Shown piece after piece: positions 35,342 to 47,410 of a DNA stretch of 64,000 nt. Under the pieces are notes generated by a model. The model saw only the letters and a program-made list of their open reading frames with translations. It was not told the DNA's origin and searched no databases. The stretch covers positions 1-64,000 of the forward strand of contig JAYTOU010000023.1 in the NCBI GenBank assembly GCA_043747615.1, read 5' to 3'. A program made the translations under genes and the position numbers. Position 1 is the first letter of the stretch; every line of letters starts with the position of its first letter. Source of the DNA: Myxococcales bacterium. GTDB lineage: Bacteria > Myxococcota_A > Polyangia > Polyangiales > Polyangiaceae.

Positions 35342-35656
35342 GTGCGAATTGCCAGCCTTGCGCTCCTTGCGTTGCTCCTCAGCAACAGCGTGCTCGCGTG
35401 CGCGACCAACGCCACGATCTCGGACGGGGACGGCGGCCTCGGAGGGCCCAGTGTGGGCGGCGACGGCGGGCCGGTTGCAGACGCGACGCCCACGTGCGCC
35501 GACCATTGTGCGAACAACTCCGATTGCCAGAGCCGCTGTCCGTCCATCTCGGGGGACGTGAACTGCTGCGACGAGTCCGGCCGTTGCTACCTCTCCGCGG
35601 CGAAGAGCTGTCCTGCGCCGGTCGTCGACGCCGGCATGATGACCTCGACCTACTAG
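35342..35656 (+). CDS. Small Cys-rich lipoprotein
   Basis: Lipobox VLAC; DGDGG linker; 8-Cys module CADHCANNSDCQSRC..CC..C..C. Confidence 0.7.
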   Translation: MRIASLALLALLLSNSVLACATNATISDGDGGLGGPSVGGDGGPVADATPTCADHCANNSDCQSRCPSISGDVNCCDESGRCYLSAAKSCPAPVVDAGMMTSTY

Positions 35657-35707
35657 GTACGCCGCGCGCCCGACAACGCTCGATCCGTCTCCGGCATCCA
35701 ACCTCGC

Positions 35708-36298
35708 GTGTGGCTTGAAGCGATCCTCACCGAAAGTGACATCGGCGGCCTGATCAAGCAGCTCACGCCAGTCACGATCAACCTCGGGACCGACTCGGAG
35801 GAGCGCTTTCTTCACCTCGGGCGACCGAGCGCGATAACGCTGGTCCCCGAAAAATGCGCCGTTCGCGTGGTGACCCAGGCGGAGATCCAGTGGTCGGTGT
35901 CGGTCATCAACGTGCCCATCACGCTGGATTCTCTCCAGGTCTTGCTACGGCCGACCATAGTCGCGGGCCCGACCGTGGAGCGAGGAACACTCGCTTTCCA
36001 CTTGGAGCTGGAAGAGGCTGATTTCAAGCACGTTCCCGCTTTTGCCGATCGCCAGATCCGTCAAGCCATCAACACGGCGCTCGCGTCCAAACCGCTCGAA
36101 TGGGATTTTGCGAGCATGTTGAGCAGCGCGTTTGCCTTCGAGCTTCCGGCCATCCTCGACCCGCTCGAGAAGCTTCACCTCGACGTGGCGTGGGGCGAAG
36201 TGAAGATGACCCATGAGGCCCTGGTGTTCGCTGTGTCGTTCCGGCCGACTGCCACCCGGAGAGGCACGCACCAGAGCGACGACGCCAAAAGAACCTAG
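35708..36298 (+). CDS. Hypothetical protein
   Basis: Globular, beta-rich composition; no recognised motif. Confidence 0.6.
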   Translation: MWLEAILTESDIGGLIKQLTPVTINLGTDSEERFLHLGRPSAITLVPEKCAVRVVTQAEIQWSVSVINVPITLDSLQVLLRPTIVAGPTVERGTLAFHLELEEADFKHVPAFADRQIRQAINTALASKPLEWDFASMLSSAFAFELPAILDPLEKLHLDVAWGEVKMTHEALVFAVSFRPTATRRGTHQSDDAKRT

Positions 36299-36338
36299 GC
36301 AGCCCGCGGCGCGAGCAGAATGTTACCAGCTCGCAGCA

Positions 36339-36392
36339 CAGCACCTTCAAAGCCACAATCTCGTCGAGCTCTTCGTCGCGTGCATGATACAC
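36339..36392 (-). pseudogene. Ser/Thr kinase subdomain I-II fragment
   Basis: VYHARDEELDEIVALKVL preceded by a decayed Gly-rich stretch; similarity ends abruptly. Confidence 0.45.
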
Positions 36393-36413
36393 GTTTCGAA
36401 ACCTAGCCCACCA

Positions 36414-36652
36414 TTAGCGGCGACGCCCACGCGGAAGCGTCGCTGGGTACGCGGCACCGCTCTTCGCGCGGCTCTCACAGAACGCTCGCAGGCTCGTGAC
36501 CTGTCGAAAGATCGTCGCGAGGGCGTCGGGCGTCTCGGCGTCTTGTGCCTCGAGAGCAAGCTCGCGAAATTGGGTGAGCTCGTGCGGCTGCGCGACGCCT
36601 TTCAGCTCGACGATGGCGACTTCGATGAGCTCCAGAATCTCTGCCCGGTCGA

Positions 36653-36656
<4 letters not shown>
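36414..36656 (-). CDS. Small helical hypothetical protein (80 aa)
   Basis: GTGA overlap with the glgX stop; amphipathic helices. Confidence 0.5.
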
Positions 36657-38662
<2,006 letters not shown>

Positions 38663-38665
38663 GCC

Positions 38666-40231
38666 CTACCTGCCGCTCGCAGTCGCAAGCTCACGGAGAA
38701 CGTGCATTCGGTATTTCGCGTGTGGGTCGTCGTGAAGATCTTCGATCGCCATCGGAAGGCGGTACGTCCAGTTCTTGTCGTCGACCGTGCCGGGCGTATT
38801 GATCCTTCGCGACTCGCCGAGGATCTCCGGCGCGAGGATCAGCGCAAGGCTCGACCGCGCCGAAAGAAGAAGGCTCATCAGTCCGCGCCAGCGCTCGTCC
38901 TCGCTCGCGTCCGCGTCAACGTGCATCAGGGCTTCGAGCTCTGCGCGATCTTCGGCAGAGAACTCGGGCCACCACGCGCCGATGGGGGCGGTGTCGTGCG
39001 TGCTCCAGGAGGCTACACTGAGCTCCGGATACGCCGCGGGATTTTGGAACGTACGATCCCCTTCCCAGTTCTTCTCCCAAGGAATGATCTTGTATCCGGG
39101 GATGCCGAGGTCTCGCATCGTCTCGCGCACGAAAGGCGGCACTACACCGAGGTCTTCGGCGATGACCCGCGTGTCGCGTGCTTCGTGAGCGATCGTGCCG
39201 AGGACCCGCTGTCCGCGGGCGAGCTGCGATGGCTCGTCCTTGGGCAAGAAGCTCCCCTTCGCCTCGACGCCACCCGCCGCCAGCTTTCTCCGCACGAACA
39301 TTCGGAAGTACCCGACGACGTGATCCAAGCGAAAGCGATCGTAGAGCTGTGCCGAGCGCCGCGTGCGCGCACGCACCCAGGCGAGGTCGTCGCGCTCCAT
39401 GGCGTCCCAATCGTAAATCGGAAGTCCCCAATCTTGTCCGTCGGGTGCGAAGCCGTCTGGAGGTGCTCCCAGCGAGCCGTCGGTGCGAAATTGCTCAGGG
39501 CGCGCCCAGGCGTCGGCGCTCTCGCCGCAGACGATGAAGGGCAAATCGCCCATCAGCTCGACGCCGAGAACGCGCATCTCCCCGCGCGCTTTCTCCCACT
39601 GCAAGCCGAGGTTCCACTGCGTGTACTGGTGCTCCAGAATTTTATCGGCGTGCGTTTCCCGTGCGGCGCGCATCGCGTGCGGATCGCGTAGGCGCTCTGC
39701 GTCCGGCCAGGTCCCCCAGCCGTAACCTTCGTGGGAATCGCGGAGCGCCACGTAAAGCGCGAGGTCGTCTTCCCACGACGCCTCGCGGGCGATGAAGGCG
39801 CGAAGAGCGTCGGCGCGCGCGGTGTTTTTCGTCCAGTCGTTTGCTACGAAGAGATCGAACGCGCGGCGAATCACCTTCGACTTGACGGCGCGCACCCGCT
39901 CGTAGACGACCGTTGGCGCATCGCGCAGGCTCTCGAGCTCGGCTCTGCCGGCGACACCGAGGGCGTCTGCTATGGCGTTCGCGTCGAGGTCTTCCATCGC
40001 GTCGATGCCCATGAAGATCGGATCCAACCCGAAGGCCGTTCGGGCTCCATAAGGGCTCGCCTCGCCGCGCGCGAGCTCGTGAGGCGGTAAGATCTGAAGG
40101 AGCCCCATCCCCGCGGTCTTGATCCAAGCTGCGCAGACGGGAAGATCGGGGATCTCGCCGATCCCCCAGCTTGCGCGTGTTCGCAGGGAAAAAAGCGGGA
40201 TCGTGACGCCAACCTTGCGAGAAGATGTCAT
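38666..40231 (-). CDS. malQ: 4-alpha-glucanotransferase (GH77)
   Basis: LQILP, SPY, MGDLPF, GAPPD, GQDWGLP, RLDHVVG, IAEDLG, THD and RINTPG motifs; start placed at ATG 40231. Confidence 0.93.
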   Translation of the reverse strand: MTSSRKVGVTIPLFSLRTRASWGIGEIPDLPVCAAWIKTAGMGLLQILPPHELARGEASPYGARTAFGLDPIFMGIDAMEDLDANAIADALGVAGRAELESLRDAPTVVYERVRAVKSKVIRRAFDLFVANDWTKNTARADALRAFIAREASWEDDLALYVALRDSHEGYGWGTWPDAERLRDPHAMRAARETHADKILEHQYTQWNLGLQWEKARGEMRVLGVELMGDLPFIVCGESADAWARPEQFRTDGSLGAPPDGFAPDGQDWGLPIYDWDAMERDDLAWVRARTRRSAQLYDRFRLDHVVGYFRMFVRRKLAAGGVEAKGSFLPKDEPSQLARGQRVLGTIAHEARDTRVIAEDLGVVPPFVRETMRDLGIPGYKIIPWEKNWEGDRTFQNPAAYPELSVASWSTHDTAPIGAWWPEFSAEDRAELEALMHVDADASEDERWRGLMSLLLSARSSLALILAPEILGESRRINTPGTVDDKNWTYRLPMAIEDLHDDPHAKYRMHVLRELATASGR

Positions 40232-40317
40232 GAAATGAGTGGCCCCCCTGTCGCATACGTTGAAGGCTCCGGCAAGCACGGGGAACTTCGGGACCGCGCG
40301 CAAGTCCAACGACAAAG

Positions 40318-41067
40318 ATGAAATCGCTTCGCACGTCTGCTTTTTTCACCGCGTCCGTCGCCGCGCACCTCGCGGTCGGCGCGCTCTTCGTTCGTGCGGC
40401 GCCGCCTGTGCGAGCGGAGACGCCAACCTCTGCCGCGCTCACGGGCGAGTCCCTGAGCTTGCCCGAGGATCTGGTGACCGATGAGGTCGAGCCGCGTACG
40501 CCCCATGCGCCGATCCCGACTCTGCCGGCGCCGGGACCAGCAGCGACCGCGCACGCCTCGAACCCTTCGTCTGCGCACGCGGGCTCGGCCGCTTCCTCCG
40601 AGCCGGGCACATACGGTGCGGCGGGCGAACGGGGGGTGAACGATATTTCGGACACGTTCACACGGGCTTTTCCTCAGGCAGCGAGCGCCGATCTGGTGTG
40701 GTTGGCCGTTCCGTTCGGGAATGCGGGGAGCGCCCAAGTCTCCTTGGAGATCGACGGAAGTGGAGCGTTCGTGCACGCCAACATCGAGCACGCGGTCCCG
40801 GCATTGCGCCGGGCGATCGAGCGCAGCGTCGCTCTCATTCGCGGTCGCACGTTCACGGCACGCGGGCGGATCACGCGCCTCTACCTCAGCGCAACGGTGT
40901 CACCCGACGACGTCCACGACGGACTCCACGGCGACTTCTTCGCTATTGGTGGGAGCTTCACCGGTCATCGGGGAAACGCCTTCTTCGCGCTCCCCGACGC
41001 GGGTCGCCGCATCGACATCGTCGTCCATGACGGCGATCGCGCGACTCCGATCAGGGGTGGTACATAG
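40318..41067 (+). CDS. Membrane-anchored Pro-rich TonB-like protein
   Basis: N-terminal TM with SVAAH (TonB S-x-x-x-H pattern), a Pro/Ala linker and a C-terminal alpha/beta domain. Confidence 0.55.
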   Translation: MKSLRTSAFFTASVAAHLAVGALFVRAAPPVRAETPTSAALTGESLSLPEDLVTDEVEPRTPHAPIPTLPAPGPAATAHASNPSSAHAGSAASSEPGTYGAAGERGVNDISDTFTRAFPQAASADLVWLAVPFGNAGSAQVSLEIDGSGAFVHANIEHAVPALRRAIERSVALIRGRTFTARGRITRLYLSATVSPDDVHDGLHGDFFAIGGSFTGHRGNAFFALPDAGRRIDIVVHDGDRATPIRGGT

Positions 41068-42865
41068 TTCCGTAGCTCGTATCGCGCGCGTCCGTCGAGT
41101 CCGCGCCATGGATGCCCGGAGTGCGCTCTACGCTGGCCGTTTGGTACTCGATCGTGCGGCCTTGACGAGCGTAGATCTTGAGCTTGTCTTGATCGAAAAT
41201 CAGATGGTACTCGGAGGGCACGAGAGCGAGCGTCTCCTCGCGCGCGTCCCACATGAGCACGTGATCGAAGTAGGGTGTCGCCTCGTTCCAGAAATCGCGC
41301 CACTCCTGACGCCACGCGAGATTGCAATCGGCGAGGACGACACCGCCCGACCGAAGGCCGTCGCACATCCACTCGGGACGATCCATAGCGGGCGCGAACC
41401 CCTCGAGCACGAGGTGGTTGAAGCGAATGGGAGGAGGCTCTTTGTACATCACGGGAAAGCTCCGCGAGTGAGCGAAGAGCAACGGCGCGCTCGTCTCTTT
41501 TTCGGTGACGTAGAACCCCCACGCGTGAAGGAGGCTGCGGGTGTTCTGACTCGTTCCTTTGCTGTGAAAAATGAGCGGCAATAGCTTCGCCCCCTCGCGC
41601 ACGACAGGAATGCCTGCCGTGAATTTCGCGCGGTCGTGATCGAGCCGGACGAAGTCTATGCCCATTCCCACGCTGTGCAGCACTCCGCACAACGCGAGGA
41701 GCCCTAGCAGCGCACGGGGCAGGCGCTCGGGAAGGCGCAGGAGCGCCGCCATCCACAGGAACGGAATGAACCGCGAGTTGACGTGAAACCAGTTCGTCGC
41801 GATGTACGGCGAGAAGAAGTAGATCGTTGCCAGGAGCGCCAGGGCCTTCGTGGAAAAAAACGTCGGCTGCTCGTGGCGACGAATCATTGCCACGATGAAG
41901 AGCGTCACGGCGATGACGAAGGTCGAGATCGAGAGCCACGTGAAGCCATAAAACCACTCGGCCCACAGGTTGTAACAAAGCTCCCACGGCGGCAGGAGCT
42001 GCCCCGTCGACATGTACCCCGTCATCCGCCCGACGGGCTCCGTCATGTGCTGGTAGAGCGAGACGAGCATGAGCACGGTCGCCGGAGCGAGCGGCAGGAA
42101 CAAGCGGACCGTTTCACCCGCCCGCTCACGAGCCTGAAGGCGCCAGCGCGACCCTTCGATGACGTGCGTAACCACGTGGACGGCGGCGAGGAGCAGCACC
42201 ACCATGAGCGCGAAGACATGCGCAAACCAAACGGAGAGTGCCGTCACCGCGATCACCAGACCGCGCGCGACGCTCGGGGTCTTTCGCTGTCGATCGATGA
42301 GCACCATGAGTAGGAGGGACAGCGGAACCCCGAGCGCAAAATCGAGCATCCCCATCGACACGAACCAGTTGTGGACCATCGGGAAGATGAAAAAGCTCGC
42401 GACGAGGAGCGTCTTCCGGTTCGTGAAATGAAGGACGAAGCGCGGAAGGATGAGAGCGTTTGCGGCCAGCACCATGAGGGCGAACAGGCGCGCCGCTCCC
42501 GCGGCTCCGACGACCTTGGCCACGAAATAGAGCCACGTGAAGAGCGCCGAGTTCGTCTTCAGGAAGCCGTTGGAGACGAACTCCGGGTAGCGCTCCGGGT
42601 GAGTAATGACGGTGACCGCCGCGAGGTGATTGGGCAGGTCCTGATATGGCGGCACGTCTGTCAGCGCGAGCGGCCACGCGGCCAACGCGAAGAGGACGAC
42701 ACCGATGCCGGTGGCCAGCTGCGCGTCGGTCGCCCGCGAAACCGCTGCACGTGCCCGTCCGAAAATGCTTAGCTCAGCCTCGCTCGCCGCGCTGATTCCA
42801 CGGCCGGCAGCGACGAGCGGTGGGTCGGCGGTGAATTCCGGAGCGATTGCATCGAACTTGGGCAT
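41051..42865 (-). CDS. Multi-TM GT-C-like membrane protein
   Basis: PPYQDLPNH after TM1, MGMLDF, many TMs and a C-terminal soluble domain; start placed at ATG 42865. Confidence 0.6.
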   Translation of the reverse strand: MPKFDAIAPEFTADPPLVAAGRGISAASEAELSIFGRARAAVSRATDAQLATGIGVVLFALAAWPLALTDVPPYQDLPNHLAAVTVITHPERYPEFVSNGFLKTNSALFTWLYFVAKVVGAAGAARLFALMVLAANALILPRFVLHFTNRKTLLVASFFIFPMVHNWFVSMGMLDFALGVPLSLLLMVLIDRQRKTPSVARGLVIAVTALSVWFAHVFALMVVLLLAAVHVVTHVIEGSRWRLQARERAGETVRLFLPLAPATVLMLVSLYQHMTEPVGRMTGYMSTGQLLPPWELCYNLWAEWFYGFTWLSISTFVIAVTLFIVAMIRRHEQPTFFSTKALALLATIYFFSPYIATNWFHVNSRFIPFLWMAALLRLPERLPRALLGLLALCGVLHSVGMGIDFVRLDHDRAKFTAGIPVVREGAKLLPLIFHSKGTSQNTRSLLHAWGFYVTEKETSAPLLFAHSRSFPVMYKEPPPIRFNHLVLEGFAPAMDRPEWMCDGLRSGGVVLADCNLAWRQEWRDFWNEATPYFDHVLMWDAREETLALVPSEYHLIFDQDKLKIYARQGRTIEYQTASVERTPGIHGADSTDARDTSYGTMYHP

Positions 42866-43152
42866 CGGGGCAAAAGGGTTCCTGCAGTGTGACGACGAGG
42901 CATAAAAGCAATTCGGGGGCCTACCGGCCAGGCCGCTCCGAGGGCAGGGCCAATCGTCGACAAAAGCTTGGCGGAGCACCGTAACTCGCGCCGGAAAAGC
43001 TGTCTACCGGGCGGCGATTCGCGACCGAAACCCTGACAATCGGGTCGCGGATTTCGGCGCTCCAATCTCTTCCAGAGACCCGGCGTCATCCCCGCTCGTA
43101 CCGACGCCCCCATGGTCCTACCTGCGGCACACAAAGTGTAAAGCCGAGTCTC

Positions 43153-44262
43153 ATGATTCGGGATTCGCGAGCCACCACCGGAAACGCGCCGAACGCTGCC
43201 TACACGGTAGGACATCCTCGCACCAGCGCATGGATCACCAAGAGCCCACTTCTCGCTTTGGGGTTCGCAATCCTTGTCGGCTGCAGCGGCGCCGGCGCCA
43301 CGCCCGAGAACGTCGGCGCAACCTCCGAGGCCATCTACGGCGGCGCGGTCGACAATGACAAGTCCGCGACGACCGGTGTCGTGGCTCTCCGGATCGGAGA
43401 CTCCTCCCCGTTCGAGCTCTGCTCGGGCTCGCTCATCGCGCCGAACGTGGTCCTCACGGCTCGCCACTGCATCAGCAAGAGCATCGTCGACACCGTCTAT
43501 TGTGACGCGAAAGGTCTTTCGACGAACGGCGATCACGTCAGCGTCGACGTCGCGCCCGCCTCAGTGCGGGTCTACACGGGGTCGAACCCCTCGTTCGCCA
43601 CTCCTGCCGCGATCGGCAAGGCGATCTTTCATCCCGCAGGCAAAGTTCTCTGCAACAGCGACATCGCCGTCATCGTCCTCGACACGACGATCCCCGTCAT
43701 GGCTCCCCTCACGGTTCGCCTCGGCGCGATCGTCAAATCAGGAGAGCCTGTCCGCTCGGTCGGTTATGGAAAAAACGACGAGGGCTACAACCTCGGAACG
43801 CGATTCCGAAAAGAGGGAGTCGACGTGCTTGCCGTGGGGTCGGGCGTCTCGTCCTCCGCTACCGCGCTCGGCACCCTGGAATTCGAAGTCGGCAAGTCAA
43901 TTTGCCAAGGCGACTCCGGAGGCCCCGCCATCAGCGAAGTGACCGGCGCCATCGTCGGCGTCGTCAGCCGCGGCGGCGGATGTGGCGACAGCTTCGGCCA
44001 TGTGTACACGCAGCCCTCGGGCTTCCAGGATCTCATCAACGACGCGTTTGCAATGGCTGGCGGGGCACCTATGGTCGAGGGGACCACGCAGCCTGCTAAC
44101 GCTCCCGCCGCTTCCGAAAAGCCCGCCGCAAACGCCGCCGACTCGACCGCTCCGCACGCCGGGTCCTGCTCCGTGAGCGCACCGCCCTCGAGCCGCCCCA
44201 ACGCGGGGCTCGTCGGTATCCTCTTCGGGGCGCTCCTCTTCTTCCGTCGCCGCTCGAACTAG
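43153..44262 (+). CDS. S1 trypsin-like serine protease with a MYXO-CTERM-like tail
   Basis: Triad VLTARHC, DIAV and CQGDSGGP; lipobox LVGC; C-terminal GSCSVS..hydrophobic..RRR. Confidence 0.9.
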   Translation: MIRDSRATTGNAPNAAYTVGHPRTSAWITKSPLLALGFAILVGCSGAGATPENVGATSEAIYGGAVDNDKSATTGVVALRIGDSSPFELCSGSLIAPNVVLTARHCISKSIVDTVYCDAKGLSTNGDHVSVDVAPASVRVYTGSNPSFATPAAIGKAIFHPAGKVLCNSDIAVIVLDTTIPVMAPLTVRLGAIVKSGEPVRSVGYGKNDEGYNLGTRFRKEGVDVLAVGSGVSSSATALGTLEFEVGKSICQGDSGGPAISEVTGAIVGVVSRGGGCGDSFGHVYTQPSGFQDLINDAFAMAGGAPMVEGTTQPANAPAASEKPAANAADSTAPHAGSCSVSAPPSSRPNAGLVGILFGALLFFRRRSN

Positions 44263-44368
44263 AAACTGCTCCACTACGATCTCGCGCGCCATGATGGCGG
44301 TATTGAGCGACTCGCTCAGCCCGCGAGCATGACGAATAGCGTGGAGAGCCCTCCTCCCGATGGTCGGC

Positions 44369-47101
44369 CTAGTGGGCGAGGTTCCAGTTGATGCCGTGGC
44401 CGACGTCGACGACGAGAGGGACATCGAGCTTCATCGCCGACTCCATCTCCGAGGCGATCCGTTTCTCGGCCTCGGCGACGTGCTGCTCGGGCACCTCGAA
44501 GACGAGCTCGTCGTGAACGGTCAGGATCATCTTCGCGCCCGGCACGACTTCCATCGAGCCGAGCCTCACCATCGCCAGCTTCAAGATGTCCGCCGCGGTG
44601 CCTTGGATCGGCGTGTTCTTGGCGACGCGCTCGGCCTCGAAGCGGAGCCCCCGATTGGCCGAGTGCAGGTTGGGAAGAAAACGCCTTCGACCGAGAATGG
44701 TGCGCACCGCCTCCCCCTTTCGCGCCGCTTCCACCGTTTGCTCCATGAAGCGCGCGACCCCGTGATAGCGCTGGAAATAAGCCTCGATGAAGGAAGCGGC
44801 TTCGGCACGGGTGATGTCGAGCGACCGCGCGAGGGCCGAGTCGCCCATCCCGTAGATGACACCGAAGTTGATGGTCTTCGCGCGCCGCCGCATCTCGGAG
44901 GTGACGTCGCTTCTTGGGACGTTGAAGACGAGGCTCGCGGTGTGCGTGTGGACGTCCTCCTGCGAGGTGAATGCTTCGATCAGCTCCGGGTCCTTGGAGA
45001 GGTGAGCGAGGACGCGTAGCTCGATCTGCGAGTAGTCGGCGCTGATGAGGACGTGGTTCGGCGCGGGGATGAACGCGGCGCGGATCTCTCGACCGAGCTC
45101 GGTGCGAATCGGAATGTTCTGAAGGTTCGGATCGCTCGACGAGAGGCGGCCCGTCGCCGCGACCGTCTGGTCGTAGCGGGTGTGAATGCGTCCCGTTTCG
45201 GGGTGAATGCAGCGGGGAAGCGCGTCGATGTACGTTCCCTTCAACTTATCGATCTCGCGATACTCGCAGATCACCTTCGGGAGCGGATGCTTCTCGGCCA
45301 GCTCCTCGAGCACCTCGGCGTCGGTGGAGCGACCGCCCTTTGGCGTCTTCTTCAAGACCGGCAGCTTGAGCTCGTCGAAGAGAATCGTCTCCAGCTGATC
45401 TCGCGAGCGAACGGAGAAGTCACGACCCGCGATCTCGCGCGCCTTGGCCTCCAGATCCCGCAGCTCGATCGACACTCGCTTGGCGAGAGCGTCGAGCACT
45501 TTGGCGTCGACGAGGACGCCCGTCATCTCCATTTTCGCCAGGATGCGTGAGAGCGGAAGCTCCACGTCGCGCATCAGCGATCCTAGCCCTTCCCGCTCGA
45601 TCTGAGGCTCGAGCTTCGCGGCGAGCGAGACGCAGATCTCGGCTTCTGCGGCGGCGAGCGGTGCAGCTTCTTCCACTGGCAGATTCTCGAACTGCGACTG
45701 ATTCCCCTTTGCGGCCTTGAGCGGCCCTTCTCCGAAGACGCGCATCTCGATCCCCAGCGTCCGTCGGGCGAGCTCTCTCAGTGAGCTCGGCGTCTCGGGA
45801 TCGAGAAGGTACGTGGCGAGCATCGTGTCGAAGATCGGTCCGGCAAGAGCCACCCCTCTTCGGGCCAAAATAATCTCGTTGAACTTCAGCTGGTGCGACA
45901 CCTTGGTGATCGACGGATCGCGGAAGAGAGGAGCCAGCACCTCCATCGCCGCTGACCAATCGAGCTGCACCGGCGCGCCAAGGTAACGATGGGCAAGCGC
46001 AAGGTAGTGACCGTCGCCGGACGCGACCGAGAGGGAGATCCCGAGGACCGCCGCCGTCATCGGATCGGTCCCCGCGGTGACGATGTGGAAGCCGAGGAGC
46101 TTTTTTTCGCGGGCCATCAGGGCTATTTCTTCCAGTCGATCGCGGTTCGGCACGTGCGCGTACGCTCGCGTCACCGGCGCTGTCACTTCGATCTGATCGA
46201 GCATGCGCGAGAACTCGAGCTCCAAGAAAAGACGCCGGAGCTCGGCGGTGTTCGCGCCGCCGTAGGCAAGGTGCGCGTGATCCCAGAGCACGCCGGTGTC
46301 TTCCTTCAGCGTCACCAACACCTGACTGATGCGCGCGTCGGCCTCGTGCGTGGAGAGGGCCTCGCGCAGCTTCACCCGCTTGATCTTGTCGAGCGCGGCG
46401 TAGATGCCCTCGAGGGTGCCGAACTCGTTCAAAAGATCGCTCGCCGTCTTGGGACCCACGCTCGGCACACCGGGGACGTTGTCGGAGGTGTCTCCGGTGA
46501 GCGCCAAGAAATCGCGGACTTGACTGGGAGCAACACCAAACTTCGCGCGCACCTCCGCCGGGCCGTAGACCCGGTCGCGCATCGAGTCCCACAGCACGAC
46601 GTCGTCCGTCTCGTCGTCCACGAGCTGCATCAGATCTTTGTCGGCGCTGACGATGACGATGCGAAGCCCTTCTTTCACGGCCCGGCGCACCACGGAAGCG
46701 ATGAGGTCATCGGCCTCGATCCCCTCCTGCTGATAGATTGGAATGTTGTACGCGCGCACGAGCTCCTCGCAGCGCTTCATCTGCTGCGACAGATCTGGCG
46801 GCGGCGGTGGGCGATTGGATTTGTAGCGCGCGTCGAGCTCCTTGCGAAACGTCGGTCCTTTGGAGTCCATCGCCACCGCAAGGAACTGGGGCCGGCGATC
46901 GTTGACGACCTTCTGCAGCATGTTCACGGTGCCCATCACCGCATGCGTCGGCTCACCCTTTGACGACGAGAGAGGCGCGATGGCGTGGTAGGCGCGAAAG
47001 ACGTACCCGGAGAGATCGATCAGGTAGAGGACGTTGGGCGCTCCGGGCGCGGGGAGCTGCGAACCCGTTGACGCCGACGTGGAGGGTGAGGTGCGAGCCA
47101 T
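44369..47101 (-). CDS. polA: DNA polymerase I
   Basis: 5'-3' exonuclease LYLID..FRAYHA, EADD and GDTSDNVPGV; polymerase TGRLSSSDPNLQNIP, ADYSQIELR, AKTINFGVIYG and VHDEL. Confidence 0.97.
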   Translation of the reverse strand: MARTSPSTSASTGSQLPAPGAPNVLYLIDLSGYVFRAYHAIAPLSSSKGEPTHAVMGTVNMLQKVVNDRRPQFLAVAMDSKGPTFRKELDARYKSNRPPPPPDLSQQMKRCEELVRAYNIPIYQQEGIEADDLIASVVRRAVKEGLRIVIVSADKDLMQLVDDETDDVVLWDSMRDRVYGPAEVRAKFGVAPSQVRDFLALTGDTSDNVPGVPSVGPKTASDLLNEFGTLEGIYAALDKIKRVKLREALSTHEADARISQVLVTLKEDTGVLWDHAHLAYGGANTAELRRLFLELEFSRMLDQIEVTAPVTRAYAHVPNRDRLEEIALMAREKKLLGFHIVTAGTDPMTAAVLGISLSVASGDGHYLALAHRYLGAPVQLDWSAAMEVLAPLFRDPSITKVSHQLKFNEIILARRGVALAGPIFDTMLATYLLDPETPSSLRELARRTLGIEMRVFGEGPLKAAKGNQSQFENLPVEEAAPLAAAEAEICVSLAAKLEPQIEREGLGSLMRDVELPLSRILAKMEMTGVLVDAKVLDALAKRVSIELRDLEAKAREIAGRDFSVRSRDQLETILFDELKLPVLKKTPKGGRSTDAEVLEELAEKHPLPKVICEYREIDKLKGTYIDALPRCIHPETGRIHTRYDQTVAATGRLSSSDPNLQNIPIRTELGREIRAAFIPAPNHVLISADYSQIELRVLAHLSKDPELIEAFTSQEDVHTHTASLVFNVPRSDVTSEMRRRAKTINFGVIYGMGDSALARSLDITRAEAASFIEAYFQRYHGVARFMEQTVEAARKGEAVRTILGRRRFLPNLHSANRGLRFEAERVAKNTPIQGTAADILKLAMVRLGSMEVVPGAKMILTVHDELVFEVPEQHVAEAEKRIASEMESAMKLDVPLVVDVGHGINWNLAH

Positions 47102-47410
47102 TGGATCAGGGCTTGTGCGAGCGGCCCGCTTCAACGTCAAGCCAAGACGACCTTCGAGCGTGAAGCCGTGCACGTTCGTTCACGCGGTCCGCGAAGCAGC
47201 GATCACGGGGGCAACGGTAGGCGCCCGAGAATCCAGGTCGAAGCGCGGCCTCGATGGGTGGCGCGCTCATTGCTGTTCCCACGCTGGAGCCGGAGCTGTT
47301 GTGTGGACGCTCAGGCTTCCTGCGGATACCCTTCAGCGGTAGCGATTTTTCGCGAAAGCTAACTCTTTCGGCCACTTCGTTCGTCTTACAACCCCGAGAC
47401 CCGTCTCAAA

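Noticed and set aside
33897..35561. 554-aa plus-strand ORF
   Set aside because: Antisense to the GT-C-like membrane gene; R/E/H-rich composition typical of the reverse of hydrophobic codons.
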